Position numbers and translations under genes: made by a program. Shown in pieces: positions 38,604-47,871 of a stretch of 59,100 nt of DNA. This DNA is from an uncultured Gammaproteobacteria bacterium. Lineage in GTDB: Bacteria > Patescibacteriota > Microgenomatia > Levybacterales > UBA12049. Within the stretch, counting starts at the first letter, position 1; the number at the start of each line of letters is the position of its first letter. The notes under the pieces were generated by a model that was given only the letters and a program-made list of their open reading frames with translations, did no database searches and was not told the DNA's origin. The DNA lies in NCBI GenBank assembly GCA_964553245.1, contig CAZKJM010000003.1, forward strand, positions 1 to 59,100. Direction: 5' to 3'.

Positions 38604-38798
38604 ATGAACAAAAAGGAAATTAATAATAATTTGTGTGATTTTTGCAAGCCGGAAGGTCATTGCTTAAGAGAAAAATATCTAGCTCAATACGCTAATGCTG
38701 TAGAAAAAGGAATGATGACAATGAAAGAAGCAAGCGAGGAATATGACAAGCTTAAGACATTTGCAAAATCTAAAGGATGTAAAAGGGCGCAAATATGA
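38604..38798 (+). CDS. Small Cys-motif protein (CxxCxPxGxC...C)
   Basis: CDFCKPEGHC; paralogous to the next gene; ATGA overlap. Confidence 0.65.
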   Translation: MNKKEINNNLCDFCKPEGHCLREKYLAQYANAVEKGMMTMKEASEEYDKLKTFAKSKGCKRAQI

Positions 38799-39007
38799 AC
38801 ACAGAACTATGTTCCTCTTGTAGACCATTTGGCTATTGCACGGCACAAAAATTAATAGAAGAAGCAAGACAATTAGTACCTGTTGATCTTACAGAAAATC
38901 AATTTACTACTCTTTATAAATATATTTCTAGAGATGCTATGGGAAGAAACGCCTGTAAGCTTGTTAAGGACTTGCAAACCTATTTAGGCGAAGTTAAAGA
39001 AGACTAA
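38795..39007 (+). CDS. Small Cys-motif protein (CxxCxPxGxC...C)
   Basis: CSSCRPFGYC; paralogous to the previous gene. Confidence 0.65.
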   Translation: MNTELCSSCRPFGYCTAQKLIEEARQLVPVDLTENQFTTLYKYISRDAMGRNACKLVKDLQTYLGEVKED

Positions 39008-39630
39008 GTAAACACTAAAGATATGACCGCAAAAGATATTCCGAGTAGTATTCCCCCAATTACGTCTGTTGACCAATGCTCCCCAAGATAAATTCTGCTT
39101 GTAAACATAATTAAATCAAATATAAGTACTAATGAATAAATGACCACTTTTTGTGTTTGATTAATCTTTTTACTTTTATGTATTAAGAATAAAAAAATTA
39201 ATGAAATAAAGGCTGTTCTTGCAGAATGACCAGATGGATAAGAATAACCCGGCTGAACATAACCGCTTGGAAATTGAAATGGAACTTCTGTGCGTAAAAA
39301 GAAGAAAGGAGGGTTATTTTGATCAATTATTGTCTTTCCAAAAATTTCTATAAGATGTAGAAAAAAGTAAGGAATTAGAATAATTATTCCCTTCAATTTT
39401 TTTAAAAAAACTATTAATATCAATAAAAGCAAGCTTACAATTTCAAAGCTTCCAATAATACTAAAGGTCGAAAATGCTTCATCTAGTCTTCTGGACAAAT
39501 TATCCTGCATTTTTACTGTTGTATCAAAGTCTAGCTGCACAAAATGTTCCCTGGCAACAAAATATGAAAATATTAAAAATACTAAAAACACTAAAAAACC
39601 TATTCCAAAAATTTTTATATTTTTTTTCAT
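39004..39630 (-). CDS. PAP2-family phosphatase (membrane)
   Basis: YSYPSGHS, SRIYLGEHWSTDVIGG motifs. Confidence 0.93.
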   Translation of the reverse strand: MKKNIKIFGIGFLVFLVFLIFSYFVAREHFVQLDFDTTVKMQDNLSRRLDEAFSTFSIIGSFEIVSLLLLILIVFLKKLKGIIILIPYFFLHLIEIFGKTIIDQNNPPFFFLRTEVPFQFPSGYVQPGYSYPSGHSARTAFISLIFLFLIHKSKKINQTQKVVIYSLVLIFDLIMFTSRIYLGEHWSTDVIGGILLGISFAVISLVFT

Positions 39631-39637
39631 TATTAAA

Positions 39638-40516
39638 TTATAAATCTAATTCTTTGAGGAATTTGCGGAATTCTCCATTTATCTCTTCGTGTTTTAAGGC
39701 CATTTCTACAACTGTTTTCATATACTCAATTTTATTTCCCGTATCGTAGTATTTACCGTTTTCAATTTCTACTGCATAAATCGGCACGCCTTTATTTTTA
39801 AGAAGATTAATTGCATCTGTAAGCCAAATTTCTCCACCCTTTCCCGGACCGACTTCTTTTAATGCACCAAAAATTTCCGGCGGTAAAATATATGCACCAT
39901 GAGTTGCTAGATTAGAAGGGGCTTTGTCCGGTTCCGGTTTTTCTATAATCTCGTTAATTCTATAAACATTTCCCTCAACTTTTGTAACATCTGCTATTCC
40001 ATAGCGCTTTAAATCTTCCTGTTTTTCTATTCTAACTCCAGAAATAACAATCCCTCCGTATTTTTCGTAAACACCAACCATTTGTTTAAGTCTTGGGGGC
40101 GTTGCGTAAATAAACTCATCTCCCCATAAAACTGCAAACGGCTCGTCTTCTATGACAGATTCTGCGGATAAAACAGGAGTTCCATTACCATATGGACCTT
40201 TTTGCCTTATATAAATAAAATTAGCCATCTCTGAAATTTTTTTAACATCATCTAAGAGCTTATGCTTTTCTCCTGCCTCTAAGTTTTTGATTAATTCTGC
40301 ATTGGGTAAATCAAAATGATCCTCAATTGCCCTTTTTACGTAACCTGTTACTATTACTATATCCTGAATTCCCGATTCAACCGCCTCTTCTACGACATAT
40401 TGAATTACCGGTTTATCTACGATCGGGAGCATTTCTTTAGGCATTGCTTTTGTCTGGGGTAAAAATCTCGTTCCAAAACCTGCTGCAGGGATTACTACTT
40501 TTCTGATCTTTTTCAT
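39638..40516 (-). CDS. galU: UTP--glucose-1-phosphate uridylyltransferase
   Basis: VIPAAGFGTRFLPQTKAMPKEMLPIVDKP, RQK, EKP, GEIWLTDA. Confidence 0.97.
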   Translation of the reverse strand: MKKIRKVVIPAAGFGTRFLPQTKAMPKEMLPIVDKPVIQYVVEEAVESGIQDIVIVTGYVKRAIEDHFDLPNAELIKNLEAGEKHKLLDDVKKISEMANFIYIRQKGPYGNGTPVLSAESVIEDEPFAVLWGDEFIYATPPRLKQMVGVYEKYGGIVISGVRIEKQEDLKRYGIADVTKVEGNVYRINEIIEKPEPDKAPSNLATHGAYILPPEIFGALKEVGPGKGGEIWLTDAINLLKNKGVPIYAVEIENGKYYDTGNKIEYMKTVVEMALKHEEINGEFRKFLKELDL

Positions 40517-40587
40517 AAGGTGACAAAATTTATTTTACAGTTAATCCCCTTTACATGTCAACCAGCTTCTGGTAAAATATCTTGAAT

Positions 40588-40773
40588 ATGGCGACAACGC
40601 CTGTTAATTTTTTTAAGGAGGTCAAAGACGAACTTAAAAAAGTAGTCTGGCCCACTAAAAGCGAAGTAATAAGATTAACCTCTATTGTAATAATAGTAAG
40701 CCTTGGGGTAGGATTATTCTTAGGAGGAGCTGATTACATTTTTACTACGCTTCTAGCCTTATTTGTTAAATAA
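40588..40773 (+). CDS. secE: Preprotein translocase subunit SecE
   Basis: [15 protein letters not shown] + single TM; upstream of nusG. Confidence 0.96.
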   Translation: MATTPVNFFKEVKDELKKVVWPTKSEVIRLTSIVIIVSLGVGLFLGGADYIFTTLLALFVK

Positions 40774-40774
40774 T

Positions 40775-41458
40775 ATGGACGACAAAAAAATACAAGAAGA
40801 AACAAAAAGTCAATCAATGTCTGATACAACAGAAGTTGAACCGGAAAAAATCGAAGATAAAAATCCGCCAGCGCCAAGCAACGAAGAAAAAACACTGGAT
40901 GAAGCATTAAACCCTTCTGTAAAGGTAGATGATACTGGCGCAAGCTGGTTTATTGTTCACACTTATTCCGGTCACGAAAATAAAGTTGCCAAGAATTTAA
41001 AACAAAGAGTTCAGGCTTTAGGTTTCGAAAACCGAATTTTTGACGTATTAGTACCTGTTAGAAATACGATAAAAGTAGCCGGTGGAAAAAAAGAAAGCGT
41101 AGAAGAAAAGATTTTTCCAGGCTATGTCTTGGTAAAAATGATTCTAGATAATGAATCATGGCTTTTAGTAAGAACAACTCAAGGAGTAACCTCTTTTATT
41201 GGGGCAGGAAACAAACCAACGCCTATTTCCGGAAAAGAAGTAGAAGCAATTCAAAAGTTTATGAAAACCGAAGAGCCTCTTTATAAAGCAGCTTTTATTA
41301 CAGGTGAAGCAGTTAAGATTGTAGATGGTCCGTTTGCAGATTTCTTAGGTACAATTGATGAAATTGACGAAGCAAAAGGAAAATTAAAAGTTTTAGTAAG
41401 TATTTTTGGACGCGAAACACCCGTAGAACTGGACTTTTTACAAGTCAGTAAGCTATAA
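40775..41458 (+). CDS. nusG: Transcription elongation factor NusG with an acidic N-terminal extension
   Basis: [38 protein letters not shown]. Confidence 0.98.
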   Translation: MDDKKIQEETKSQSMSDTTEVEPEKIEDKNPPAPSNEEKTLDEALNPSVKVDDTGASWFIVHTYSGHENKVAKNLKQRVQALGFENRIFDVLVPVRNTIKVAGGKKESVEEKIFPGYVLVKMILDNESWLLVRTTQGVTSFIGAGNKPTPISGKEVEAIQKFMKTEEPLYKAAFITGEAVKIVDGPFADFLGTIDEIDEAKGKLKVLVSIFGRETPVELDFLQVSKL

Positions 41459-41471
41459 TAATAAAACTTAA

Positions 41472-41595
41472 CCCGATTAAATCGGGAGTAATCAAATCTG
41501 GGAGATCCAAAGACATTTGAGGGCCGAAGGTCTTGAGCAAAGTCGAAGGAGCGCTTGAACCAGTAGATAAGAACCGCAAGGATCTCCTCTACTGG
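41472..41595 (+). promoter_or_regulatory. Structured rplK leader; possible L1-binding autoregulatory site with embedded palindromes
   Basis: CTGG-GAG..TCC / GGA..CTTGAA-CCAG resembles the L1 motif; competing stems CCAGTAGA/TCTACTGG and GGAGATCC/GGATCTCC. Confidence 0.4.
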
Positions 41596-41598
41596 AAC

Positions 41599-41695
41599 AA
41601 ATTCGAAACAAGAATATCGAAATTCGAAGCAATAATAAAATTAAAATGGTGGACATTCAAAAGTTTCGGATTTTAGGATTTTTAAATTAGAATTT
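41599..41695. repeat. Heptamer-armed hairpin of the same family as the 16S helix-6 insert
   Basis: AAATTCGAAAC..ATCGAAATTCGAAGC ... TTTCGGATTTTAGGATTT..TAGAATTT. Confidence 0.8.
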
Positions 41696-41713
41696 ACGAA
41701 TTAAACGAGAAAT

Positions 41714-42136
41714 ATGGCAAAAAAGATAAAAACATTAATTAAATTAAACATTCCGGCAGGAGCAGCAACTCCTGCGCCACCTGTTGGACCTGCTTTGGGT
41801 CAACATGGACTTCCTATTATGGAATTTGTTAAAGCATTTAATGACAAAACAGCTGATCAAAAAGGCACAATCGTACCAGCAGTAATTACTGTTTATGAAG
41901 ATAGAACTTTTTCTTTTATAACCAAAAAACCGCCGATTGCCGAAATGATTAAAAAGGCGCTTGGAAAAGAAAAGGGTTCACAAAAACCGGGAAAAGAAAA
42001 AGCCGGAACTTTAACACAAACTCAAGCAGAAGAAATAGCGGCGGCAAAACTGGAAGATCTTAACACAACCGACATAAAACAAGGTGCAAAGATAGTTGCA
42101 GGAGTTGCAAGATCAATGGGAGTGGAAGTTAAATAA
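41714..42136 (+). CDS. rplK: 50S ribosomal protein L11
   Basis: [38 protein letters not shown]. Confidence 0.99.
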   Translation: MAKKIKTLIKLNIPAGAATPAPPVGPALGQHGLPIMEFVKAFNDKTADQKGTIVPAVITVYEDRTFSFITKKPPIAEMIKKALGKEKGSQKPGKEKAGTLTQTQAEEIAAAKLEDLNTTDIKQGAKIVAGVARSMGVEVK

Positions 42137-42137
42137 T

Positions 42138-42956
42138 ATGGGAAAAATCAGAGTAAAAACATTAGGAGTTGAAGAGCTCGAAGAAAAAGAAAAAAAAGAA
42201 GCTAAAAAAAGAGCGGAAGCTAAAAAAGCTGCTTTTAAAGCCGTTGAAAATAAAGAGGAAATTGAAGAAAAAAAAGAAGCCAACGATAAACCAACCGAAA
42301 AAAAACTGAACGAAGAAAAATCATCCTCTAGCATAAAAAAGAAAACAAAATTTGCAAAAAAAGATCAAAAAACTCCAAGATCTGAAAAATATCAGGGTTT
42401 AAAAGACTCTTTTGAAAAGAATAAAACTCATTCTCTTTCCGAAGGACTGGATATCCTAGAAAAACTACAAAGAAAAAGTTTTGACGAAACAGTTGAGCTC
42501 CATATAAACACTATTGCTACCGGAATTTCCGGAAACGTTACACTTCCTCATGGAACAGGTAAAAAAACAAAAGTTGTTATTGCAAGCGATCAAATAATTG
42601 CCGAAATAGAAAAAGGCGTAATAAGCTTTGATATTTTAGTTGCAGAACCGGCAATGATGCCAAAATTGGCAAAAGTAGCTAAAATTTTAGGACCAAGAGG
42701 ATTGATGCCTAATCCTAAAAACGGAACAATTACACCAAAGCCGGAAGACTTAGTTAAAAAATACGAAGGTGGTCAAATTTCCTTTAGAACCGAAGCTAAA
42801 GCACCACTTCTTCATATATCTGTAGGAAAAGTTTCTTTTGGAAAAACCAAACTAACCGACAATATAAAATCATTAATTTCCGCTATTAAAAAAGAGAATA
42901 TTCAGAAAATTACTCTTAAATCCACAATGTCCCCCGGAATTAAGATTCAGATATAA
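42138..42956 (+). CDS. rplA: 50S ribosomal protein L1 with a charged N-terminal extension and a shortened core
   Basis: FDETVELH, LPHGTGK, ILGPRGLMPNPK, STMSPG; ATG 42138. Confidence 0.97.
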   Translation: MGKIRVKTLGVEELEEKEKKEAKKRAEAKKAAFKAVENKEEIEEKKEANDKPTEKKLNEEKSSSSIKKKTKFAKKDQKTPRSEKYQGLKDSFEKNKTHSLSEGLDILEKLQRKSFDETVELHINTIATGISGNVTLPHGTGKKTKVVIASDQIIAEIEKGVISFDILVAEPAMMPKLAKVAKILGPRGLMPNPKNGTITPKPEDLVKKYEGGQISFRTEAKAPLLHISVGKVSFGKTKLTDNIKSLISAIKKENIQKITLKSTMSPGIKIQI

Positions 42957-43008
42957 ACTTATAGTATTTGACAGCGTAAATAATTTTTGCTAAAATTAAC
43001 TCCTTAAT

Positions 43009-43944
43009 ATGGCAAAACAAGAACTCGGAATTTCAGATCCGGGAAAATGCAGACAATTAATTTCTCCATCCGAGGCTTTAAGAAGAAATCCTAATTTCTT
43101 TGAAGGCAGACCGACTGATGTATCTTGGACTTTAACGGTTCGCCACTTAGATGGAAGAATCGAAAAACTTCCTGCCGGAACAGATTGGGAAGCTGTAAGT
43201 AGATTCGGAGTAATAAGATCTGCTGTTGTCACAAATCCGGACGGTTCCCCTGCTTTTGACAGACCCCGTTACGACGAAGCCCCAAACGTTAACATCGTAG
43301 CATGGGGAAAAGATAAGAAAGGAAAAGTAAAAGTTGCATTAATTAGTCAATCAAGACCACACGCCGATAATGAATTTGAGCCTGAAAACACTGAGCCAAT
43401 GATATTTGAGCAAATTCCAATGGGTTTCGTAGATAAAGTTATTGGAAAAGATCAGATGGAAAGATTTGAACACGCACATGAAGCAGCTACTAGAGAGACA
43501 CAAGAAGAAACAGGTGCAATTGCAGTTTTAGATATTGCATGCCCTGAATATTCAAAACACTATCCTAATCCAACGTTTATCGGGACTAACTCTGATTTGG
43601 TTTTTGTAGAAGTTGATTTAACACAAATTGATAAAATGAAAATGGATAGAACAGAACCAATATTTAATGCTGACTACGTTCCTGTATCTGAAGTATTGGC
43701 TGATATCAAAAAAGGTAAAACAGATAGAGGTTACGCTAGAATGTGCACAGCAAATTCTGCCATTTTAATATTTTTAGCTGGACTTGAACAATTTCATCGC
43801 GCGGAAAGAAATCATACTGTTGTTTCCAGAAAAATTGAAACTTACAAAAAAGTAAAAACTAATTTGTCAGATGAGGAAAGAAGAAAATTATTTAAATTGA
43901 AATCAGAAATTAGAGAGCTTGAAAAAAAAGCTACTAAGAAATAA
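43009..43944 (+). CDS. Nudix-family hydrolase-like protein
   Basis: E-x7-RETQEETG Nudix box with an insertion after the PMG; own promoter 42968-42996. Confidence 0.75.
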   Translation: MAKQELGISDPGKCRQLISPSEALRRNPNFFEGRPTDVSWTLTVRHLDGRIEKLPAGTDWEAVSRFGVIRSAVVTNPDGSPAFDRPRYDEAPNVNIVAWGKDKKGKVKVALISQSRPHADNEFEPENTEPMIFEQIPMGFVDKVIGKDQMERFEHAHEAATRETQEETGAIAVLDIACPEYSKHYPNPTFIGTNSDLVFVEVDLTQIDKMKMDRTEPIFNADYVPVSEVLADIKKGKTDRGYARMCTANSAILIFLAGLEQFHRAERNHTVVSRKIETYKKVKTNLSDEERRKLFKLKSEIRELEKKATKK

Positions 43945-43997
43945 TTCCTTACCCCAGCTTTACAAAAATTCAACTATAAGATATAATCTGCGTTTAT

Positions 43998-44594
43998 ATG
44001 AAAGAAAAATTAATTCCAGATGCAACAGAAAAAGAACCAGTAAAAACTCCTAAAGAGATCTTTGAGGGACTCGTCGGAAAACTAACAAAACACGGGGAAA
44101 CAAGGGAATCTTACGGAGCATCTTACAAGCTTAGCGATAATCTAACCTTAACTCTTTTGCATAATGCATCATTTAGAAACGGAAAAACCGGTCATACAAC
44201 CTCTGATCAATATATGGCTTTTTTGGTCGAAAAAGCTGTTATTAACGGTTATACGATACGTGTTAGAGAAAGTTATTTTTCGACCAAAAAAGGTGTTCAT
44301 TACGGAATAAGTATTGCCGGCTTTACGGATCCTGATGGAAAACATACAATAATCAGGGATAAAACCGGAAGACCTGACCATATATATCTTCAGGGCAAGG
44401 ACTCAATTCCTCCGGAAGCAAAACTCGCATTGCTTGAAAAATGCGTTAAAGAAAAACAATTATCAAAAGACGATAAAATTAACGGATTAGTAAAAATTAT
44501 GGAAGAAATAGATATAAATACAAGAATCGATCCTAAAAAATATCATTTTGACTGGCACGGACAAAAACATATTTTAGGCGGAGATCCTAAATAA
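43998..44594 (+). CDS. Hypothetical protein
   Basis: 198-aa ORF; promoter TTTACA-17-TATAAT 43959-43987. Confidence 0.75.
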   Translation: MKEKLIPDATEKEPVKTPKEIFEGLVGKLTKHGETRESYGASYKLSDNLTLTLLHNASFRNGKTGHTTSDQYMAFLVEKAVINGYTIRVRESYFSTKKGVHYGISIAGFTDPDGKHTIIRDKTGRPDHIYLQGKDSIPPEAKLALLEKCVKEKQLSKDDKINGLVKIMEEIDINTRIDPKKYHFDWHGQKHILGGDPK

Positions 44595-44702
44595 CCCCCT
44601 ATTTTCTATAAGTCTTTTTTTCTTTTTAATTTTTAGTTTACTATCGGTTTTTGTATTGACTTTTTTATTTATTAAATATAGGATATATTTTTATTAAAAC
44701 AT

Positions 44703-45443
44703 ATGAAAGAACGCGGAAGAGCAATTTGGAAAGCAGTAGAATTAAAAACCATAGAAGAAAACGGACTTTTTTTAGATAACGCCTTAAGCACTCTAAATAG
44801 CAAGTCGCTAATTATTTATTTTAATCACTTTAGTTTATTGGATCCTGGTGTTTTATTAAAATCATTACAACACCATCAAAAAGGAAGGTTAGATAATGTT
44901 TATGTTTTTACCTCTAGAAGACATATGGATCCAAGTCAAGGATATGCTCTTAAATTTCAATCGGCAATTGTGAATTCAGTTAGTAAATCAGAGGGATTTA
45001 TTCCGATTGAAATAATTCAAAAAAAAGATTTAGACAAATACAAAGAAGCTACTAAATATAACTTTGAGATGCTTAGAAAAGCAATAGAAACGTTAAATAC
45101 GACAGGAAATATTGTTTTAATTGCCCCTGAAGGAGAAAGATCCAGAACCGGTGGTCTCCAAAATGCAGACAGAACCTTAGAGCTACTACTGGAAAGGTCA
45201 AAAAATACCGCTCTTGCCTACCCCGTTGCAATGCCTCATAAATCAAAAATAGTACCTTATTTTACAACTACGAGATTAATTTATGGAGCTTCAACTTTTT
45301 CTTACGAACAATTAAAAAATGAAGTTGCAGACAAAAGACAACAAGATGGTCAAAATCTGACAATTACAGACATTATGATGATTAAACTTGCCTCCTTACT
45401 ACCAAATAAAAACAGGGGTTGTTATGCCCGTTTTTTTGAATAG
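44703..45443 (+). CDS. Lysophospholipid acyltransferase (PlsC family), second paralog
   Basis: NHFSLLD, APEGERS, LLP..RG.Y C-terminus; promoter TTGACT-17-TAGGAT. Confidence 0.8.
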   Translation: MKERGRAIWKAVELKTIEENGLFLDNALSTLNSKSLIIYFNHFSLLDPGVLLKSLQHHQKGRLDNVYVFTSRRHMDPSQGYALKFQSAIVNSVSKSEGFIPIEIIQKKDLDKYKEATKYNFEMLRKAIETLNTTGNIVLIAPEGERSRTGGLQNADRTLELLLERSKNTALAYPVAMPHKSKIVPYFTTTRLIYGASTFSYEQLKNEVADKRQQDGQNLTITDIMMIKLASLLPNKNRGCYARFFE

Positions 45444-45486
45444 ATTGTCTTGACAAGTAAAAAAGCCTTTCATAAAATAACCTCCT

Positions 45487-46011
45487 ATGAGTATGCAAGA
45501 AATATTAGGATTAAGAGAAGCCCGAATAGAACAACCAATGCTTTTTGTGCAAAACTGTATGGAACTTGCAGAAAACGGCATAATCCGGGAAGAAAAAGCG
45601 CAACCAGGATTTCATTTTTGGGCATCTTATGACATTGGTCCAATTATAACAGTCAAATACTCAAGTTTTAATGACATAGATCGCTTTAAGGCTGCCATTG
45701 TCGATTCCTACAGTTACGATCCATATATTATTTATTTAAGAACAATTTCCGAAACCACAATGCATCAACATTTTATTGATCCGGTCAGGCACAAAATAGA
45801 TGTTTTTGGTTTTGTAAATACAGAAAAAGATCCAAATTGGCTAGTAAGACCACATAGTGATCCGAGTCTTTTACCAAGAGATGTTGAATACTTTTTGGAA
45901 AATCAAAAGCAAAAAGCAAAAAAATCAGATCCGAATTTAAGAATAAATTCTGTTTTAAAACAGGCAAAGCAACAAAAGCCGTTTGGTCCCGTTTTTGCAT
46001 TTTTAACTTAG
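45487..46011 (+). CDS. Hypothetical protein
   Basis: 174-aa ORF; promoter TTGACA-17-TAAAAT 45450-45478. Confidence 0.75.
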   Translation: MSMQEILGLREARIEQPMLFVQNCMELAENGIIREEKAQPGFHFWASYDIGPIITVKYSSFNDIDRFKAAIVDSYSYDPYIIYLRTISETTMHQHFIDPVRHKIDVFGFVNTEKDPNWLVRPHSDPSLLPRDVEYFLENQKQKAKKSDPNLRINSVLKQAKQQKPFGPVFAFLT

Positions 46012-46057
46012 TTCTTGTTGACAAAATACTTTTTAAAAAGTATTATTCAGAATAATT

Positions 46058-46285
46058 ATGACTTGCGAAATAAAATTCAGCTGTCACCCTCGAAGAAAAT
46101 CTTTACCTCACGATTGTATAAGAATTCCTAAATACTTTGGTCGTGGTGATACATTAGAAAAACAAAGAAAGAGAAACGAAGATAGATTTGTCAATGAATT
46201 ATTTGCAAGAATCGCTAAAAAAATTAAAATATCTCAGTTTGAATGGGATAAACTTGGAGAAGTCATAGGCAACAGGTTCCATTAA
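46058..46285 (+). CDS. Small hypothetical protein
   Basis: 75-aa ORF; promoter TTGACA-17-TATTAT 46018-46046. Confidence 0.65.
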   Translation: MTCEIKFSCHPRRKSLPHDCIRIPKYFGRGDTLEKQRKRNEDRFVNELFARIAKKIKISQFEWDKLGEVIGNRFH

Positions 46286-46325
46286 TATGGTTTAATTAAT
46301 AATATAAATAACTATTACTTAAAGT

Positions 46326-46547
46326 ATGTCTAAACCAGAGCAACAACCGATTGACAACAAAACAAAAATGGCAATAGAAATTAGACAAGAAGAATTGAGA
46401 AAGCTTTTATCTGAAGGAATTAAATTAAGAAGAGAAATTGATGAAACCTATAAAAGTCCTAGAGATATAGACCAAAAAGCTTTTAATCTCGTTTGCGACT
46501 CTCCAAAAACAGATACAGATATTAATCACGGAAAAAACTTTCATTAA
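46326..46547 (+). CDS. Small hypothetical protein
   Basis: 73-aa ORF, co-oriented with the array. Confidence 0.6.
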   Translation: MSKPEQQPIDNKTKMAIEIRQEELRKLLSEGIKLRREIDETYKSPRDIDQKAFNLVCDSPKTDTDINHGKNFH

Positions 46548-46580
46548 ATACTATTGTTAAAAATAAAGCATAAATTAAAT

Positions 46581-46609
46581 TTGACTAATTAAAACTAATC
46601 TGCTAAACT
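46581..46609 (+). promoter_or_regulatory. rplJL promoter TTGACT-17-TAAACT
   Basis: Consensus-like hexamers just upstream of the L10 leader. Confidence 0.7.
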
Positions 46610-46618
46610 CTTAAGTTA

Positions 46619-46746
46619 CCTAAGACAGCGGGCAAAATAAGACCTGCCGAGGATGTTAGCAAATAGCTAATGGCAAATAGTATATAGAACAATAGGTAAT
46701 AAGCTATGCGCCATAAACTAGAAACACTCGGCAAGAGTGTTTTTTT
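46619..46746 (+). ncRNA. L10 leader attenuator with an inserted heptamer hairpin (46657-46720)
   Basis: AAGACAGCGGGC..CCTGCCGAGG core; terminator ACACTC-GGCAA-GAGTGT-T6; antiterminator pairing TGCCGAG/CTCGGCA. Confidence 0.75.
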
Positions 46747-46749
46747 ATT

Positions 46750-47292
46750 ATGAAAGATGAAACAAAAATGAATAAAAATAAAGAAAAGAAACAGCAAATT
46801 GTGGCTTCTTTAACAGAAAAACTACAAAAAGCCAAAGCTATAGTCTTTACTAATTACCAAGGCTTAACTCATAAGCAACTTGAGGATTTTAAAAAGAAGA
46901 TTAAAACTATGGATAGTGACTACGTTGTGGCTAAGAATACCTTAGTTTTAAGATCTTTAAATGAAGCTAAGCTAAAAATAGACGACGAAAAATCTATTGA
47001 TGGACCAACCGGAACCATGCTTTTATATTCGGATGTTGTAAATCCATTAAAACAATTAGCAAAAACTATTAAAGAATTCGGACTCCCAAGTATAAAAATT
47101 GGCATTCTTGATAATCAAGCGCTTACAGCAAATGAAGTGCTAAAATTATCCACTCTCCCTTCTCGCGAAATGCTTCTTGCCCAAGTTGTCGGTGGCTTAA
47201 AAGGACCAATTTACGGACTTCATCGAAGCCTACAATGGAATATCCAAAAATTAGCAATGACACTCAATGCGGTCGCATCGAGCAAATCCTAA
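46750..47292 (+). CDS. rplJ: 50S ribosomal protein L10
   Basis: YQGLTH, VAKNTL, GPTG, LSTLPSREMLLAQ; the start may be ATG 46768. Confidence 0.97.
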   Translation: MKDETKMNKNKEKKQQIVASLTEKLQKAKAIVFTNYQGLTHKQLEDFKKKIKTMDSDYVVAKNTLVLRSLNEAKLKIDDEKSIDGPTGTMLLYSDVVNPLKQLAKTIKEFGLPSIKIGILDNQALTANEVLKLSTLPSREMLLAQVVGGLKGPIYGLHRSLQWNIQKLAMTLNAVASSKS

Positions 47293-47341
47293 GCATGAAA
47301 CTCGAATTTAGAGTTTTTTACAGGAGGAGGTGAACTAATAA

Positions 47342-47734
47342 ATGGCAAAACTTTCAAAAGATGAATTAATAAAAGCAATCGAAGAAATGTCTGTTTTAGA
47401 ACTTTCCGAATTAGTTAAGGCTATAGAAGAAAAGTTTGGAGTTTCAGCTCAAGCAATGGTTGCCGCAGCACCAGCTGGTGCAAACGGAGCAACAGCAACT
47501 GATGAACCAAAAGAAGAACAGACAGTATTTAACGTCGTTATTGCTTCTTCGGGAGCAAACAAACTTGCTGTAATTAAGGCCTTAAGAGAATTAGTTCCAA
47601 CCTTGGGTCTTAAGGAAGCAAAAGACTTAGTTGATGCTGCACCAAAAGAAGTAATGACTGCTGTTAATAAGAAAACTGCTGACGAAGCAAAGGAAAAATT
47701 AACAACAGCAGGCGCAACTGTTGAGTTAAAATAA
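47342..47734 (+). CDS. rplL: 50S ribosomal protein L7/L12
   Basis: [39 protein letters not shown]; strong SD AGGAGGTG. Confidence 0.99.
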   Translation: MAKLSKDELIKAIEEMSVLELSELVKAIEEKFGVSAQAMVAAAPAGANGATATDEPKEEQTVFNVVIASSGANKLAVIKALRELVPTLGLKEAKDLVDAAPKEVMTAVNKKTADEAKEKLTTAGATVELK

Positions 47735-47817
47735 CGAAACAGTGAAGTCCTTCTAAAATCGCTCCGTGAGGCGTATTTGAATAAAATCGAAAAGCCGAAC
47801 GGTAAGATTAGGAGGAA

Positions 47818-47838
47818 GCCACAGTTGAACTTAAATAA
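47818..47838 (+). pseudogene. Duplicated, synonymous-diverged 3' end of rplL (ATVELK*)
   Basis: GCCACAGTTGAACTTAAATAA vs GCAACTGTTGAGTTAAAATAA: 16/21 identical, all five differences synonymous. Confidence 0.7.
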
Positions 47839-47871
47839 GATTTAGGTAAAATTGTTGCCTTCTTTCTAAAC

